Below are positions 48,787 through 58,131 of a stretch of DNA of 59,986 nt, in pieces (positions within the stretch are counted from its first letter, which is position 1; the number at the start of each line of letters is the position of its first letter). The stretch is taken from NCBI GenBank assembly GCA_003647645.1, contig QMNG01000003.1, positions 1 to 59,986 on the forward strand. Direction: 5' to 3'. The notes under the pieces were generated by a model. It ran no database searches. It saw nothing but the letters and a program-made list of their open reading frames with translations, and was not told the DNA's origin. This DNA comes from a candidate division Kazan bacterium (GTDB taxonomy: Bacteria > Patescibacteriota > Kazan-3B-28). The position numbers and the translations under genes are program-made.

Positions 48787-50118
48787 TTAAAATCTCAGAT
48801 TAGAATCTTCAGAAAACGCCCCCAATATTAATAGTCGTTGGCGTAACACATTGCGAACCGACCATAACCTTGCCATTTTTTCACCTTCTCCGTATGGAAC
48901 TCTTATTTCCCCAGTCATCACATATTTTTTATCTGGCATAGTACCACTCTGGGGTCTAATTTGAGATGTCTTTCCTTCTTGTAAGAGCGTGGCTACATCA
49001 GCGCTTGAATAAGATGGATGCCCTAGGCACATTCCCTTATCATCCAGCAACTCAACTGAGATATTGGGCATTGGCCACTTGTTATGTTTCCAGGAATTAG
49101 CAATCTGAGCCATAGCCCCAAATGCCTGTTCTCTGTATATCCCCCAAAAATCTACATGTATAACATCGTATGCTGCAGCTGTACCAAAATAAATCTGACT
49201 CTTGCGCCCCATTACCTTGGGGGAATACTGCAAAGTTATACTGACATTTTTCTTATCATCACTTACATTTAAATTAACTACTTTCATCCATCGTTCAATT
49301 AGGATTCTTTCAATAGACCGTCTTACCTCGGCGATTCTAAACAATTGGGTACGTTGCAGTTTAATCTCAATTTTGGGGTTGTGATTAAGAAAAAGTGCTA
49401 CACCAACTTCAATAATCCAAATTGCCTTTCTGAGATCTTTTATATGTCTATTGAGATCTGAAATGGTTAGCTCGAGTGGAGCTTTACCGAGATCTTTCAA
49501 AATAACCGTCCCTTCGTCAGTCACTTCCCAACGATCATGCCCCCCACCTGCATTTCTAATCATTCGATTCACTCCGATGGCTAATTCTGCAACATTGTTC
49601 CTGCCGACATTAACTTTTGAAGATTCTATCGTGGCAAGCTTGTCACTCGCTCCAATTCCAATAACCTTTTCGGGTAATTGAACCTTTTTGGAGTTACTAA
49701 GTTGTTTTAGATAATAGTAGGGAACGCTTGACCATAGTCTAAAGGAGCTTTCAAATAGATCCTTGTATTGGTCTAACTGTGCTTTAACTGTCGATTCCTT
49801 ATCTTGTGAATCAAACGCCTTGTTGATAGCATGTCCACCTGGAGCTGTTCTAACATAATCGCGATCAACCTCTGAACCTATAACAGATATAAGTGCCACC
49901 AATTGGTTCGGATCAACTTTAGCTAATTCCTCACACAATTGTTTGATCATCATTACTCTCTCCCACTCCTTATTGCTCACATCTAGATACCACTTTTCCC
50001 ATCCTTTACTAACCCAGTAGCTTAAATCATCGCCTTTCGGTTCATATTTAAGATGGGGTTTGATAGAATCCTCAAAGAACTTGGTTCTGATAGCTAAGCT
50101 TGGTTCATCAATAATCAT
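48787..50118 (-). CDS. Hypothetical protein (443 aa)
   Basis: Long uninterrupted ORF; no family recognised. Confidence 0.75.
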   Translation of the reverse strand: MIIDEPSLAIRTKFFEDSIKPHLKYEPKGDDLSYWVSKGWEKWYLDVSNKEWERVMMIKQLCEELAKVDPNQLVALISVIGSEVDRDYVRTAPGGHAINKAFDSQDKESTVKAQLDQYKDLFESSFRLWSSVPYYYLKQLSNSKKVQLPEKVIGIGASDKLATIESSKVNVGRNNVAELAIGVNRMIRNAGGGHDRWEVTDEGTVILKDLGKAPLELTISDLNRHIKDLRKAIWIIEVGVALFLNHNPKIEIKLQRTQLFRIAEVRRSIERILIERWMKVVNLNVSDDKKNVSITLQYSPKVMGRKSQIYFGTAAAYDVIHVDFWGIYREQAFGAMAQIANSWKHNKWPMPNISVELLDDKGMCLGHPSYSSADVATLLQEGKTSQIRPQSGTMPDKKYVMTGEIRVPYGEGEKMARLWSVRNVLRQRLLILGAFSEDSNLRF

Positions 50119-50198
50119 CTTATAACTTTGTGGAGGTGTAGGTTAGGGTGTAGACTTCTTGGCCATTTTTGGTGATGGTTTCGGTGCCGTGGAATTTT

Positions 50199-50648
50199 TT
50201 ATTGTCCCCAATCGATTAGCTCGGTGAATCTTAAATAAAAACCAAACGGGTCTTCCATTCTAAAGTCGCGCCACTTCATTTCTTTATCTTCCTTATCCAT
50301 TACTGGCTGAATGATGTGGTCTTTGAGAGTGTCAGCAACTTTGTTGTAGAACTCGTCAGCGCTAGGAACGGGTATGGTGATGGAGGTGGCGTATCCCCGC
50401 TTGGTGTCTTTGGGGTAGTTTTTGAAGTATGACTGGTTGTAGACTAAATCATTACCGCCATAGAAATGGAGAAGGGTTTCACCCATCTCGGTGGTCAGCT
50501 TCATCACTAAGTAGCCGGGTTTATCAGCAGTGGGAACGTGCTCTAAAATCACCTTGAAACCAAGGATGGAATAAAATTTCTTGGCCACATCAAAATCTGG
50601 AATATGTAATTCGATTATCAGATTGTTGCGAATTGGTTGTTTGTTCAT
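50199..50648 (-). CDS. VOC / glyoxalase-bleomycin resistance family protein
   Basis: ELH.PDF..A.KFY..LGF, W..RDFR..DPFG..LRF.E. Confidence 0.85.
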   Translation of the reverse strand: MNKQPIRNNLIIELHIPDFDVAKKFYSILGFKVILEHVPTADKPGYLVMKLTTEMGETLLHFYGGNDLVYNQSYFKNYPKDTKRGYATSITIPVPSADEFYNKVADTLKDHIIQPVMDKEDKEMKWRDFRMEDPFGFYLRFTELIDWGQ

Positions 50649-50796
50649 AACTTAATAGGTCTTGGTTCTGGCGCTAATTAAAAATTCCGCTACTTCCTCC
50701 ATATATTTTGAGCATAACATAGGCTATTTTTCTTGACCAGAAGCTACTTTTTGTTATATTAGAGCTATCTCGAACATTAAGATTGGAGGTGATATT

Positions 50797-51174
50797 GTGC
50801 CGATACCGTGGACGGTATATATTTCTGCAGGCAACAAGACAATGCACTACATCGACAATGCGTGTTGTGCAATTATCCGTCCCACAAGTGACAATGGGAT
50901 AGAATTGCTGCTTTATGAAGTATTAGGTAGAAACGAAGCTAACCTAATACTCCAAGGCAGAGACAAGGAGGAGGTGTTTCGCACCTGCTTCTACTACACG
51001 GCTGGCAGCTCAGAGGAGCAAGAAAAAGCACTTCAAGATGCTAAAAGTCGGGCAGAGGAGCTGCTGATGGAGCGAAGCGAGGAAGCCCGCCAACTCCTCA
51101 AGAAACACCGGCCGCTCGTTCCTGCTATTTTCAGTGGAGAACGTACCTCTAAAACCTTCAAGGAGGTAACCTAG
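50797..51174 (+). CDS. Hypothetical protein (125 aa)
   Basis: GGAGG RBS before GTG; TTGACC-16-TATATT upstream. Confidence 0.7.
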   Translation: MPIPWTVYISAGNKTMHYIDNACCAIIRPTSDNGIELLLYEVLGRNEANLILQGRDKEEVFRTCFYYTAGSSEEQEKALQDAKSRAEELLMERSEEARQLLKKHRPLVPAIFSGERTSKTFKEVT

Positions 51175-51407
51175 CAGAGAAAATTAAGAGCCACCCCTCT
51201 CCTTTGGTACGCAAAATCGGTGAAGCCCCAACCAACGAGGCCATCAGCCGTTACATGGGTGATTAGGCCAGAATCTTGCAACTGAACATACAGGCATTTC
51301 TTTTAAGAAGTGCCTGTTTTCATTTAATTCTAATCGGCCCATCCACGGGCCGATTGATTTCTCGCTTCTATTGCGGATTTTCTTTACTTCTTTGATATAC
51401 TGTAAGT

Positions 51408-51947
51408 GTGAATAAGAGGATACTTCTAGCCGTGGATCCAGCCTCCGGCCCGAAGGACCCCAAAGCCCGGAGGGAAGACCTAAAAAAGCTTCGCCAGAAA
51501 AGCGAGGTAGTTAAAGTTGTCGATAAAAATATCAAGCGTCTGGTTTCGGATATGTTCGATATTATGCATGCAGACAACGGAATCGGGCTGTCGGCTCCTC
51601 AGATCGGCGTGTCCAAGCGGGTAATTATCGGAGAATATGAAAGCACTAAGACTCCTGTTCCTCGCATGGTATTAATTAATCCCGAAATCACTTGGACATC
51701 AAAAAAAGAAACTGTGGACGAGGAGGGCTGTTTATCGTTTCCCAACTTGTACGGAATGGTCAAGAGACCTGAACGCATTCGCTATACTGCTATGAACGAA
51801 AACGGCAAAAAGATTGAGGGCAAAGCCACTGGTTTACAGGCTCGGGTTATCCAGCACGAAATAGACCATCTGGACGGGATTTTATTTATAGATAGGCTTG
51901 AGGGAAACCTATATACCTATGAGAAACAGGCAGAGAATGGAGAGTAA
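51408..51947 (+). CDS. def: Peptide deformylase with an N-terminal palindromic insertion
   Basis: GIGLSAPQIG, EGCLS.P, QHEIDHLDGILF; directly upstream of fmt. Confidence 0.96.
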   Translation: MNKRILLAVDPASGPKDPKARREDLKKLRQKSEVVKVVDKNIKRLVSDMFDIMHADNGIGLSAPQIGVSKRVIIGEYESTKTPVPRMVLINPEITWTSKKETVDEEGCLSFPNLYGMVKRPERIRYTAMNENGKKIEGKATGLQARVIQHEIDHLDGILFIDRLEGNLYTYEKQAENGE

Positions 51948-51988
51948 AGAATAGAGCATAGAGAGCAGAGAGAAGGAAAAACACAACT

Positions 51989-52068
51989 CTGTCATTGCGA
52001 GGAGGTCAAAGACCGACGAAGCAATCTCTTCTAAACACTCAGATTGCCACGCTACGCTCGCAATGACA
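51989..52068. repeat. CTGTCATTGCGAG...CTCGCAATGACA REP-like doublet (gene-less version of the GIY-YIG element)
   Basis: Same termini and internal ACGAAGCAATCT as 27820-28317, with only a short spacer. Confidence 0.88.
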
Positions 52069-52124
52069 AAAAACAAAAACTGTAATTTATTATTCCAGAT
52101 TCTATATTCCAAATTCCAATTTTT

Positions 52125-53063
52125 ATGAATCCCCAAAGCTACAATGTGATATTCATGGGCACGCCGGAATTTGCTGTGCCATCACTGAAAGCATTGATCG
52201 CCAGTCCAGAATTCAATGTAAGAATGGTAATTACCCAGCCGGATAAACCAGCCGGGCGAGGCAACGAAGTTCAAAAAAGTCCGGTTACCGAAGTGGCTTT
52301 GACGGAAGGTCTGCCGATTTTGCAGCCAGAAACAGTTAAGCACAACCCCGAGTTGGTTAGAGCAATCAAAAGCATTGCGCCGGATGTGATTGTGGTGGCG
52401 GCCTATGGCAAGATTTTGCCTCAAGAGATCTTAGACATTCCGAAATTTGGAATAGTTAATGTCCATGCTTCCCTACTGCCCAAATACCGCGGAGCTTCAC
52501 CAATACCAGCGACAATAATCAACGGTGATGCCGAAACTGGCGTAACAATCATGAAAATGGAATTAGAAATGGATGCAGGCCCGATTATTGGCACCAGCAA
52601 GAAAATAACCATAGACCAAGATGACACCAGCGCGACATTAAGTAAAAAATTGGCTGAAATCGGCGCCGAATCATTGATGGAGCTGCTGCCAAAATACCTG
52701 AGCGGCGAAATTACACCGCAAAAACAAAACGAAGCCGAGGCCAGTTTTGTTAAACTCCTTGAAAAAGAAGACGGTAAAATTGACTGGAACGAATCTGAGG
52801 AGATTATCGCCCGCAAGGTACGAGCGTATAATCCGTGGCCGTCAGCTTTCACTATTTACAAAGGCGAACCACTCAAAATTTTAGAAACGGAATATCATCC
52901 TGAGATACAGAATGAATCAGGCAAAGTTAGCACTCAGAACAGCGACTTATATATAGGAAAATTGAAGATACTCAAACTGCAACCGGCCGGCAAAAAACCA
53001 ATGTCCGGGAGAGACTTTTTAGCTGGACATGCAGATATTGCAGATATAGATCTTAGAAGTTAA
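52125..53063 (+). CDS. fmt: Methionyl-tRNA formyltransferase
   Basis: FMGTPEFAVPSL, V.TQPDKP.GRG, VVAAYGKILP, NVHASLLPKYRGASPI, MDAG.I, VRAYNPWP.A. Confidence 0.97.
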   Translation: MNPQSYNVIFMGTPEFAVPSLKALIASPEFNVRMVITQPDKPAGRGNEVQKSPVTEVALTEGLPILQPETVKHNPELVRAIKSIAPDVIVVAAYGKILPQEILDIPKFGIVNVHASLLPKYRGASPIPATIINGDAETGVTIMKMELEMDAGPIIGTSKKITIDQDDTSATLSKKLAEIGAESLMELLPKYLSGEITPQKQNEAEASFVKLLEKEDGKIDWNESEEIIARKVRAYNPWPSAFTIYKGEPLKILETEYHPEIQNESGKVSTQNSDLYIGKLKILKLQPAGKKPMSGRDFLAGHADIADIDLRS

Positions 53064-53227
53064 TTTTTGATAAGACGAATATGCTACAATTAGGGTAGTT
53101 TATTTTTGACAAAGGGATTTATATCGTTGCTTGATCAGAAGCCGTCTTGTGCTATTCGACACAGTTTGGTCGGGCTGTTGTCCACTTTTGTCGGGCTTCT
53201 GGCAAGACATAACGTAGAGGAGTCGCC

Positions 53228-53371
53228 ATGGCATATCTCTATCTACTAATTGGTATTGTTGACCTAATTTTGGTCTTCATTAACCCTGAGTGGGGCTACA
53301 CTCTGGCCATCATTCTCGGTATCATCTATGTGATATTCGGGCTGTATGAGGTCTTCATGCCTCGCAAATAG
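53228..53371 (+). CDS. Small 2-TM membrane protein (47 aa; missing from the ORF track)
   Basis: AGAGGAG RBS, ATG 53228, MAYLYLLIGIVDLILVFINPEWGYTLAIILGIIYVIFGLYEVFMPRK, followed by a terminator. Confidence 0.6.
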   Translation: MAYLYLLIGIVDLILVFINPEWGYTLAIILGIIYVIFGLYEVFMPRK

Positions 53372-53403
53372 AAATAGGATTTATCCTGTTATCATAAGTC
53401 CGC

Positions 53404-53433
53404 AAAAACCCGTTCTTTTCTGAACGGGTTTTT
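53404..53433. terminator. Bidirectional intrinsic terminator
   Basis: AAAAACCCGTTC-TTTTCT-GAACGGGTTTTT between convergent genes. Confidence 0.8.
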
Positions 53434-53445
53434 GGTTATCCTTAT

Positions 53446-53727
53446 TTATTGCCCAAATCCAGCCGATTCCAAAAATTCGTTGATTCTCGTAAAGAAATCA
53501 CCGACTACCGGGATGACTTCCATTTGTTGCAGGATGGCTCCGATAATTGCTACTAAGATTGCTAGTCCCACTGTGGCGCCGAGAGCAATAAATATACCGC
53601 TCACAAACGAGCGGGCAATTAGATAACCCCAATTACCATAGGCCTTTTCAATGGCCAAACTAAACGAACGAAGTGCAACATCATTAATCATCCCCTTTTT
53701 GTGTTGTTTCTTCCTCATCCCAATCAT
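53446..53727 (-). CDS. Small membrane protein (DUF5665-like)
   Basis: ..LI.RSF.SGIF.ALGATVG.AIL.......L..M..IPVVGDF. Confidence 0.65.
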   Translation of the reverse strand: MIGMRKKQHKKGMINDVALRSFSLAIEKAYGNWGYLIARSFVSGIFIALGATVGLAILVAIIGAILQQMEVIPVVGDFFTRINEFLESAGFGQ

Positions 53728-53737
53728 TATACCAGCT

Positions 53738-54223
53738 CTATGCGACGCTCACATTACACTCAATGTCATACAGGGCGTAGGAAACATTATTTACCCAAGG
53801 ATGGAGAGGTTCAACATATTTCCAAGTTCGTACCATTCCCCAAGGGGTAGGCTCGCCGTCTTGGGGGTCATACTTATACAGAAGCTCAGAAGTATATTTG
53901 ATCGACTCAGACCAAGAATTAAAATTCCTGGTTTTGCCAAAGTTATCACTGCCTTTGCGATAATCTTTAATTCCCCAAGCGTTAAAATTACCTGCCATGT
54001 GCTTGCCATAGCTGCTCTCGGCAGCGGAAATGGCTATAATTGTCCGCCAGTTATCGTATTTTGTCACTTCGACAGCTGGTATAGGGCTGCCCTTATCTGA
54101 TAAAAAGGTCTGCAATTGAGAAGTCAGCGGATCGAGATCGTATCCGACTGGCCCCCCTACAGCAATGTAGGCGAGAAGGGCAAATATTGCCCCAACTAAG
54201 CTGTTCATTTTTTCTATCCCCAA
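53738..54223 (-). CDS. Exported protein, possible lysozyme-like (glucosaminidase/SLT) fold
   Basis: N-terminal hydrophobic helix; IIAISAAESSYG...FNAWGI...F.SW.E.I. Confidence 0.5.
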   Translation of the reverse strand: MGIEKMNSLVGAIFALLAYIAVGGPVGYDLDPLTSQLQTFLSDKGSPIPAVEVTKYDNWRTIIAISAAESSYGKHMAGNFNAWGIKDYRKGSDNFGKTRNFNSWSESIKYTSELLYKYDPQDGEPTPWGMVRTWKYVEPLHPWVNNVSYALYDIECNVSVA

Positions 54224-54465
54224 TAAAAAACTGCCTTTTGGCAGCTACAAAACAGGATAGCTTAAAACTAGCTCTGTGTCAATAGAACTAGTATTTAGTA
54301 TTTGGAATCTAGAATCTAGTATGGGGTAGTACTTTTTCCGTTTGGTACAGCCAACCGTAGCTTGGAAAGCGAAGTTTGGTGGAGCTAGACGGAACTTTCC
54401 CAAGAGAAGCAGAGCATTCAATTTGATTCCATTCGTCCCTCCTGTTAGAATGAAGCGTTTATAAT

Positions 54466-54936
54466 TTGAACCTTAACACAAGGAGGAGATTTCAAATGGA
54501 AGGCAAACCTTCTTATCCCTGCTCGGATTATTCCCCTGAAAGCTGGGATGATGTAACTATCTACGCCATCACGGGATGGATGAGCCAGTCATGGGATGGA
54601 AGAGACGATTTTGCGGTAGCCTTTGGTGGCTACTTCAAGTTGCTCGAGAAAGAAGGAGCACTCAAGGGACAGATCGTGGATCAGTGGGGAACAGCCATAA
54701 TTAATGGGACTTTGAAGGGAGACACTCTCCTTTTCGACAAGCACTACGACTTCCTCGCAACCCCCATTACTTACCCTCTTATTATTTCTTTCAATCTCAC
54801 CAAGGAAGCCGACGGCCATTGGCGTGGGACCTACCAGATGTCTGGCGGCTTACATGGGAATGGAACCGTTGAATGCATTGTGGAAGCCGCCATACCCAAC
54901 GCATTCGGGGTTTCTTCGGAAGCCCACCTCAGTTAA
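54466..54936 (+). CDS. Hypothetical protein
   Basis: AGGAGGAG RBS before ATG ~54496 (MEGKPSY...); no family recognised. Confidence 0.65.
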   Translation: MNLNTRRRFQMEGKPSYPCSDYSPESWDDVTIYAITGWMSQSWDGRDDFAVAFGGYFKLLEKEGALKGQIVDQWGTAIINGTLKGDTLLFDKHYDFLATPITYPLIISFNLTKEADGHWRGTYQMSGGLHGNGTVECIVEAAIPNAFGVSSEAHLS

Positions 54937-54998
54937 AGGACTCAGAGCTGAGCATCTCTAAAAACTGCTCTTTTTTGTTAGATTGATTAAATCTGCTC

Positions 54999-55074
54999 TG
55001 GTGGACGGTACCGGAATCGAACCGGTGGCCTCTACGATGCGAACGTAGCGCTCTACCAACTGAGCTAACCGCCC
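54999..55074 (-). tRNA. tRNA-Ala(CGC)
   Basis: GGGCGGT/ACCGTCC with G3:U70, CTACG-TTCGCAT-CGTAG, CCA. Confidence 0.95.
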
Positions 55075-55194
55075 TCATGTGGTCGTTCTACAAGCTATAG
55101 CAGGCTAGGTAGGCAATTGAGATCCTTCGACTTCGCTCAGGATGACAAGATTATTAATTGGATATTGGATATTGAATATTACGGCGCAACCGTT

Positions 55195-56514
55195 TTATAT
55201 TTCTTCGAACTCAAACTCTTTTGAGCCGATGCGGACTTTATCCCCCTCTTTGGCGCCGGCCTTTTTTAATGCTCCCAGCACCCCCATCCGCTTCAATACT
55301 TTATAAAATCGGGCCAAAGCTTGGGGATTATTGACATCGGTCTTTGTGGCCAATCTCTCCTGACGCGGACCCTTAACCTCAAAATATCCTCTTTTTTTCA
55401 CAACTTCAAACCGAACATACGGCAGATCCCGCAGAGTGAAGATTTTAAAGATTTCATCAGCTTTGGTTTTATGTTCAACCTTAGGTAGAGTGCTGGCAAT
55501 ATTATTAACCAGATTCTGCACATTTTTGTGGGTGGCAGCCGAGATATAAAACGCCGGAAAGTTCCGAAACTTGATCTTTTTTATCTTTTTAAGCTGTTCC
55601 TCGGTAGCCACATCAATTTTATTGAATACAACCAACTGCGGCTTTTGTCCCAGCATCTTATCATATTTTTTCATCTCGCTATTAATCTTCTGGAAATCCT
55701 TTTTGGGATTTTCGCTAGTGGCATCCAGTATATGAACCAACAGCTTAGTCCGCTCGACATGCTTTAAAAACCGAATGCCCAAACCCTTGCCTTGTGAAGC
55801 TCCCTCAATCAACCCGGGAACATCGGCGACAATAAAACTGGTGTCTTTGAGCCGAACTATGCCCAAATTCGGAATTAAAGTTGTGAAATGATAATCCGCA
55901 ATTTTAGGACGGGCATTAGAGATAACAGACAACAAAGTTGATTTACCAACAGAGGGCATGCCAATTAGCCCAACATCAGCCACAATTTTAAGCTTGAGCA
56001 CTACCTCGCGCTCTTCTCCCGGTTCACCCAGCTCGGCAAAGCGCGGAGTTTGGAAAGAGGCCCTGGCAAACCGAGCATTGCCCATTCCCCCTTCTCCGCC
56101 CTTGGCCGCCAAAAATTCATCGCCCGATTCATCTAGATCAGCTATTAAAAACTCCTTTTTCTCGCCCTTAACTTTTTCCCTCCGAGCCGGAGATCCTCCA
56201 GCCCGGCGGGAGACCCTTTCAAAGATTTGCGTACCCACCGGAACCTTTATTATTAAATCCTTACCTGCCTTGCCGGCAGATTTCTTCTTTTTGCCCCCCT
56301 CTCCATTTTGGGCTTTGTAGGTCTTTTTTCTTGTCAGATCAGCCAAAGTGTTGAGATTATGGTCGGCTCTGATAATGATATCGCCGCCATCGCCGCCATC
56401 GCCGCCGTCAGGACCGCCGCGAGCCACAAATTTTTCACGGCGAAAAGACACGGCACCGTCCCCGCCTCTGCCGGCGATAATTTCAAAGCTAACTTCGTCT
56501 GCAAAACTACTCAC
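55195..56514 (-). CDS. obg: GTPase Obg/CgtA
   Basis: F.DEV...I.AG.GGDG.VSFRREKFV..GGPDGGDGG.GG, ADVGLIG.PSVGKSTLLS, PKIADY.FTTL.PNLG, DVPGLIEGA..GKGLG..FLKHVERT, C-terminal DUF1967-like region. Confidence 0.97.
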   Translation of the reverse strand: MSSFADEVSFEIIAGRGGDGAVSFRREKFVARGGPDGGDGGDGGDIIIRADHNLNTLADLTRKKTYKAQNGEGGKKKKSAGKAGKDLIIKVPVGTQIFERVSRRAGGSPARREKVKGEKKEFLIADLDESGDEFLAAKGGEGGMGNARFARASFQTPRFAELGEPGEEREVVLKLKIVADVGLIGMPSVGKSTLLSVISNARPKIADYHFTTLIPNLGIVRLKDTSFIVADVPGLIEGASQGKGLGIRFLKHVERTKLLVHILDATSENPKKDFQKINSEMKKYDKMLGQKPQLVVFNKIDVATEEQLKKIKKIKFRNFPAFYISAATHKNVQNLVNNIASTLPKVEHKTKADEIFKIFTLRDLPYVRFEVVKKRGYFEVKGPRQERLATKTDVNNPQALARFYKVLKRMGVLGALKKAGAKEGDKVRIGSKEFEFEEI

Positions 56515-56770
56515 ACTATTAGTATCTAGTATTTAGTATTTGGTATCTAGTATCTGGTATCTAGTGTTTAGTATATATTAGATTCTGAACCAAGTTCAGA
56601 ATGACGGGTTGTGTATTTTATGTCTGGTCTCCGACTCTTGAGAGTCTCTGACTCGGAGAGATTCCCGACTCCGCTCTTCGACGAGCTCAAAATCCGCGGC
56701 GGGAATGACAATTAATAATAAATAGCCCCTTTTGGGCTATTTATCTATGGACGCATTGTATACTATCTAC

Positions 56771-58057
56771 TTAAAATTGGTAGTCGGAGCGTTCATCAAC
56801 TACTTCAATCGGTTGATTTAGTTTGCGGTAAACCAGCCAAGCACCGGCCAAGGCTGCGGCAACTATACTTGCCCACATCCATTCCTCGGGGCCTGTACCG
56901 GGCAATGGGCTCATAAAGTAGGTATAGCCAAAGTATTCATCCATCTCTTGGTCATTATTATAGACCTTAACTCCAAGGGTAGTTTTGCTGGTGAGCTCGG
57001 GACGAGGAGGAACCTGAAGCAGAATTCTGTCATCGTTCCAATCCAAGATGTTGGTCATTTCCTCCAGGCCAATGTACACTTTACTGTTTTCACCATAGAA
57101 GCCAAATCCGCGGCCGTAGATTGTAATATTAGTGGGAACCATTTTGCTGCCACTGGCAGGGTAAATGTAAGTGATCTCGATGCCTCCAGAACCCGGGGGC
57201 AGAGGCGCTGGCGAGGAGCCGACAATGTAAGTGAAACTGTCATAGGTATCTGATTTATCATCATCTCTGGTAACTGTGATTCGACGGGCACTGTTGGCAG
57301 TTAGGTCCGGCTCAGCCGGAATAGTCACGCTAATTGAAGTATCAGACCAGCTGGTGACCGTAGCTGACTTAGTGCCGATGTGCACCCAGCCCGTACCTTG
57401 GGTTGCCCCAAAGTTGGTGCCGAAGATAGTAATATCATGACTGGAAGTATTAGTGCCGCTAGACGGGCTAATGCTAGTGATGTCCGGATCAGTGGTAGCC
57501 GGAGGAGTACTGGATACTGTAACAGTCGCGGACTCTACAGAGTTTAACAGCTCGCTGCCAGTGGAAGATGTAACATTACAATAGTTGTTCGTGGTGTCAT
57601 TGGGGTTTTGAGGATCAAACACAAAATTAACGTTGGTGGCACCTGTTTCAGTTTTGGCTTTGAAGTTGACGGTAGCCACCTTAATAGCTGTGCCATTTCC
57701 GCCGACCGGAGAAGCATTGAGTCCAACCAATGCTGAAACAACTTTTCTGTTTGTGTAAGCGCCAGCAGTACTTTCTACAACTGATGGAAGAGGATCAGTG
57801 CTTAAATTAGGTTCATAACCAACATAGTCTAACTTGCTGCTATCCCACTGAAGAATGGCATCAACGCCAAGTGTCTTATCTGCGCCTGTATCTACCATAA
57901 TATCCAGAGAAAAGGTTTCTCCCGGACCGACTGTTTTTACGCTTGGATCAAAGAAAAGCTTAGCAGTTCCAGCAGCCGTGGCTGGCATAACGCCAGCAAA
58001 CACAAGGCTAAAACCTGCAATTAAGCTGACAATTTGTTTGAATATTTGATTTTTCAT
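56771..58057 (-). CDS. Surface protein: cohesin-like domain, two IPT/TIG domains, LPxTG-like C-terminal anchor
   Basis: L.FDPS..TV.PGETFS.DI.VDTG.....GVDA.L.WD...L; ITSISPSSG...ITI.GTNFG..QG.G.V; PLPGTG, TM, RK. Confidence 0.75.
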   Translation of the reverse strand: MKNQIFKQIVSLIAGFSLVFAGVMPATAAGTAKLFFDPSVKTVGPGETFSLDIMVDTGADKTLGVDAILQWDSSKLDYVGYEPNLSTDPLPSVVESTAGAYTNRKVVSALVGLNASPVGGNGTAIKVATVNFKAKTETGATNVNFVFDPQNPNDTTNNYCNVTSSTGSELLNSVESATVTVSSTPPATTDPDITSISPSSGTNTSSHDITIFGTNFGATQGTGWVHIGTKSATVTSWSDTSISVTIPAEPDLTANSARRITVTRDDDKSDTYDSFTYIVGSSPAPLPPGSGGIEITYIYPASGSKMVPTNITIYGRGFGFYGENSKVYIGLEEMTNILDWNDDRILLQVPPRPELTSKTTLGVKVYNNDQEMDEYFGYTYFMSPLPGTGPEEWMWASIVAAALAGAWLVYRKLNQPIEVVDERSDYQF

Positions 58058-58086
58058 TTTTGTTTTTTATGCCCCCCTATTGTTTT

Positions 58087-58115
58087 ATTATACTACACTT
58101 TTGATTTTTTGTCAA
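58087..58115 (-). promoter_or_regulatory. Consensus sigma70 promoter
   Basis: TTGACA-17 bp-TATAAT on the minus strand, 29 bp before ATG 58057. Confidence 0.85.
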
Positions 58116-58131
58116 GTGGTCATCAGGTTCA

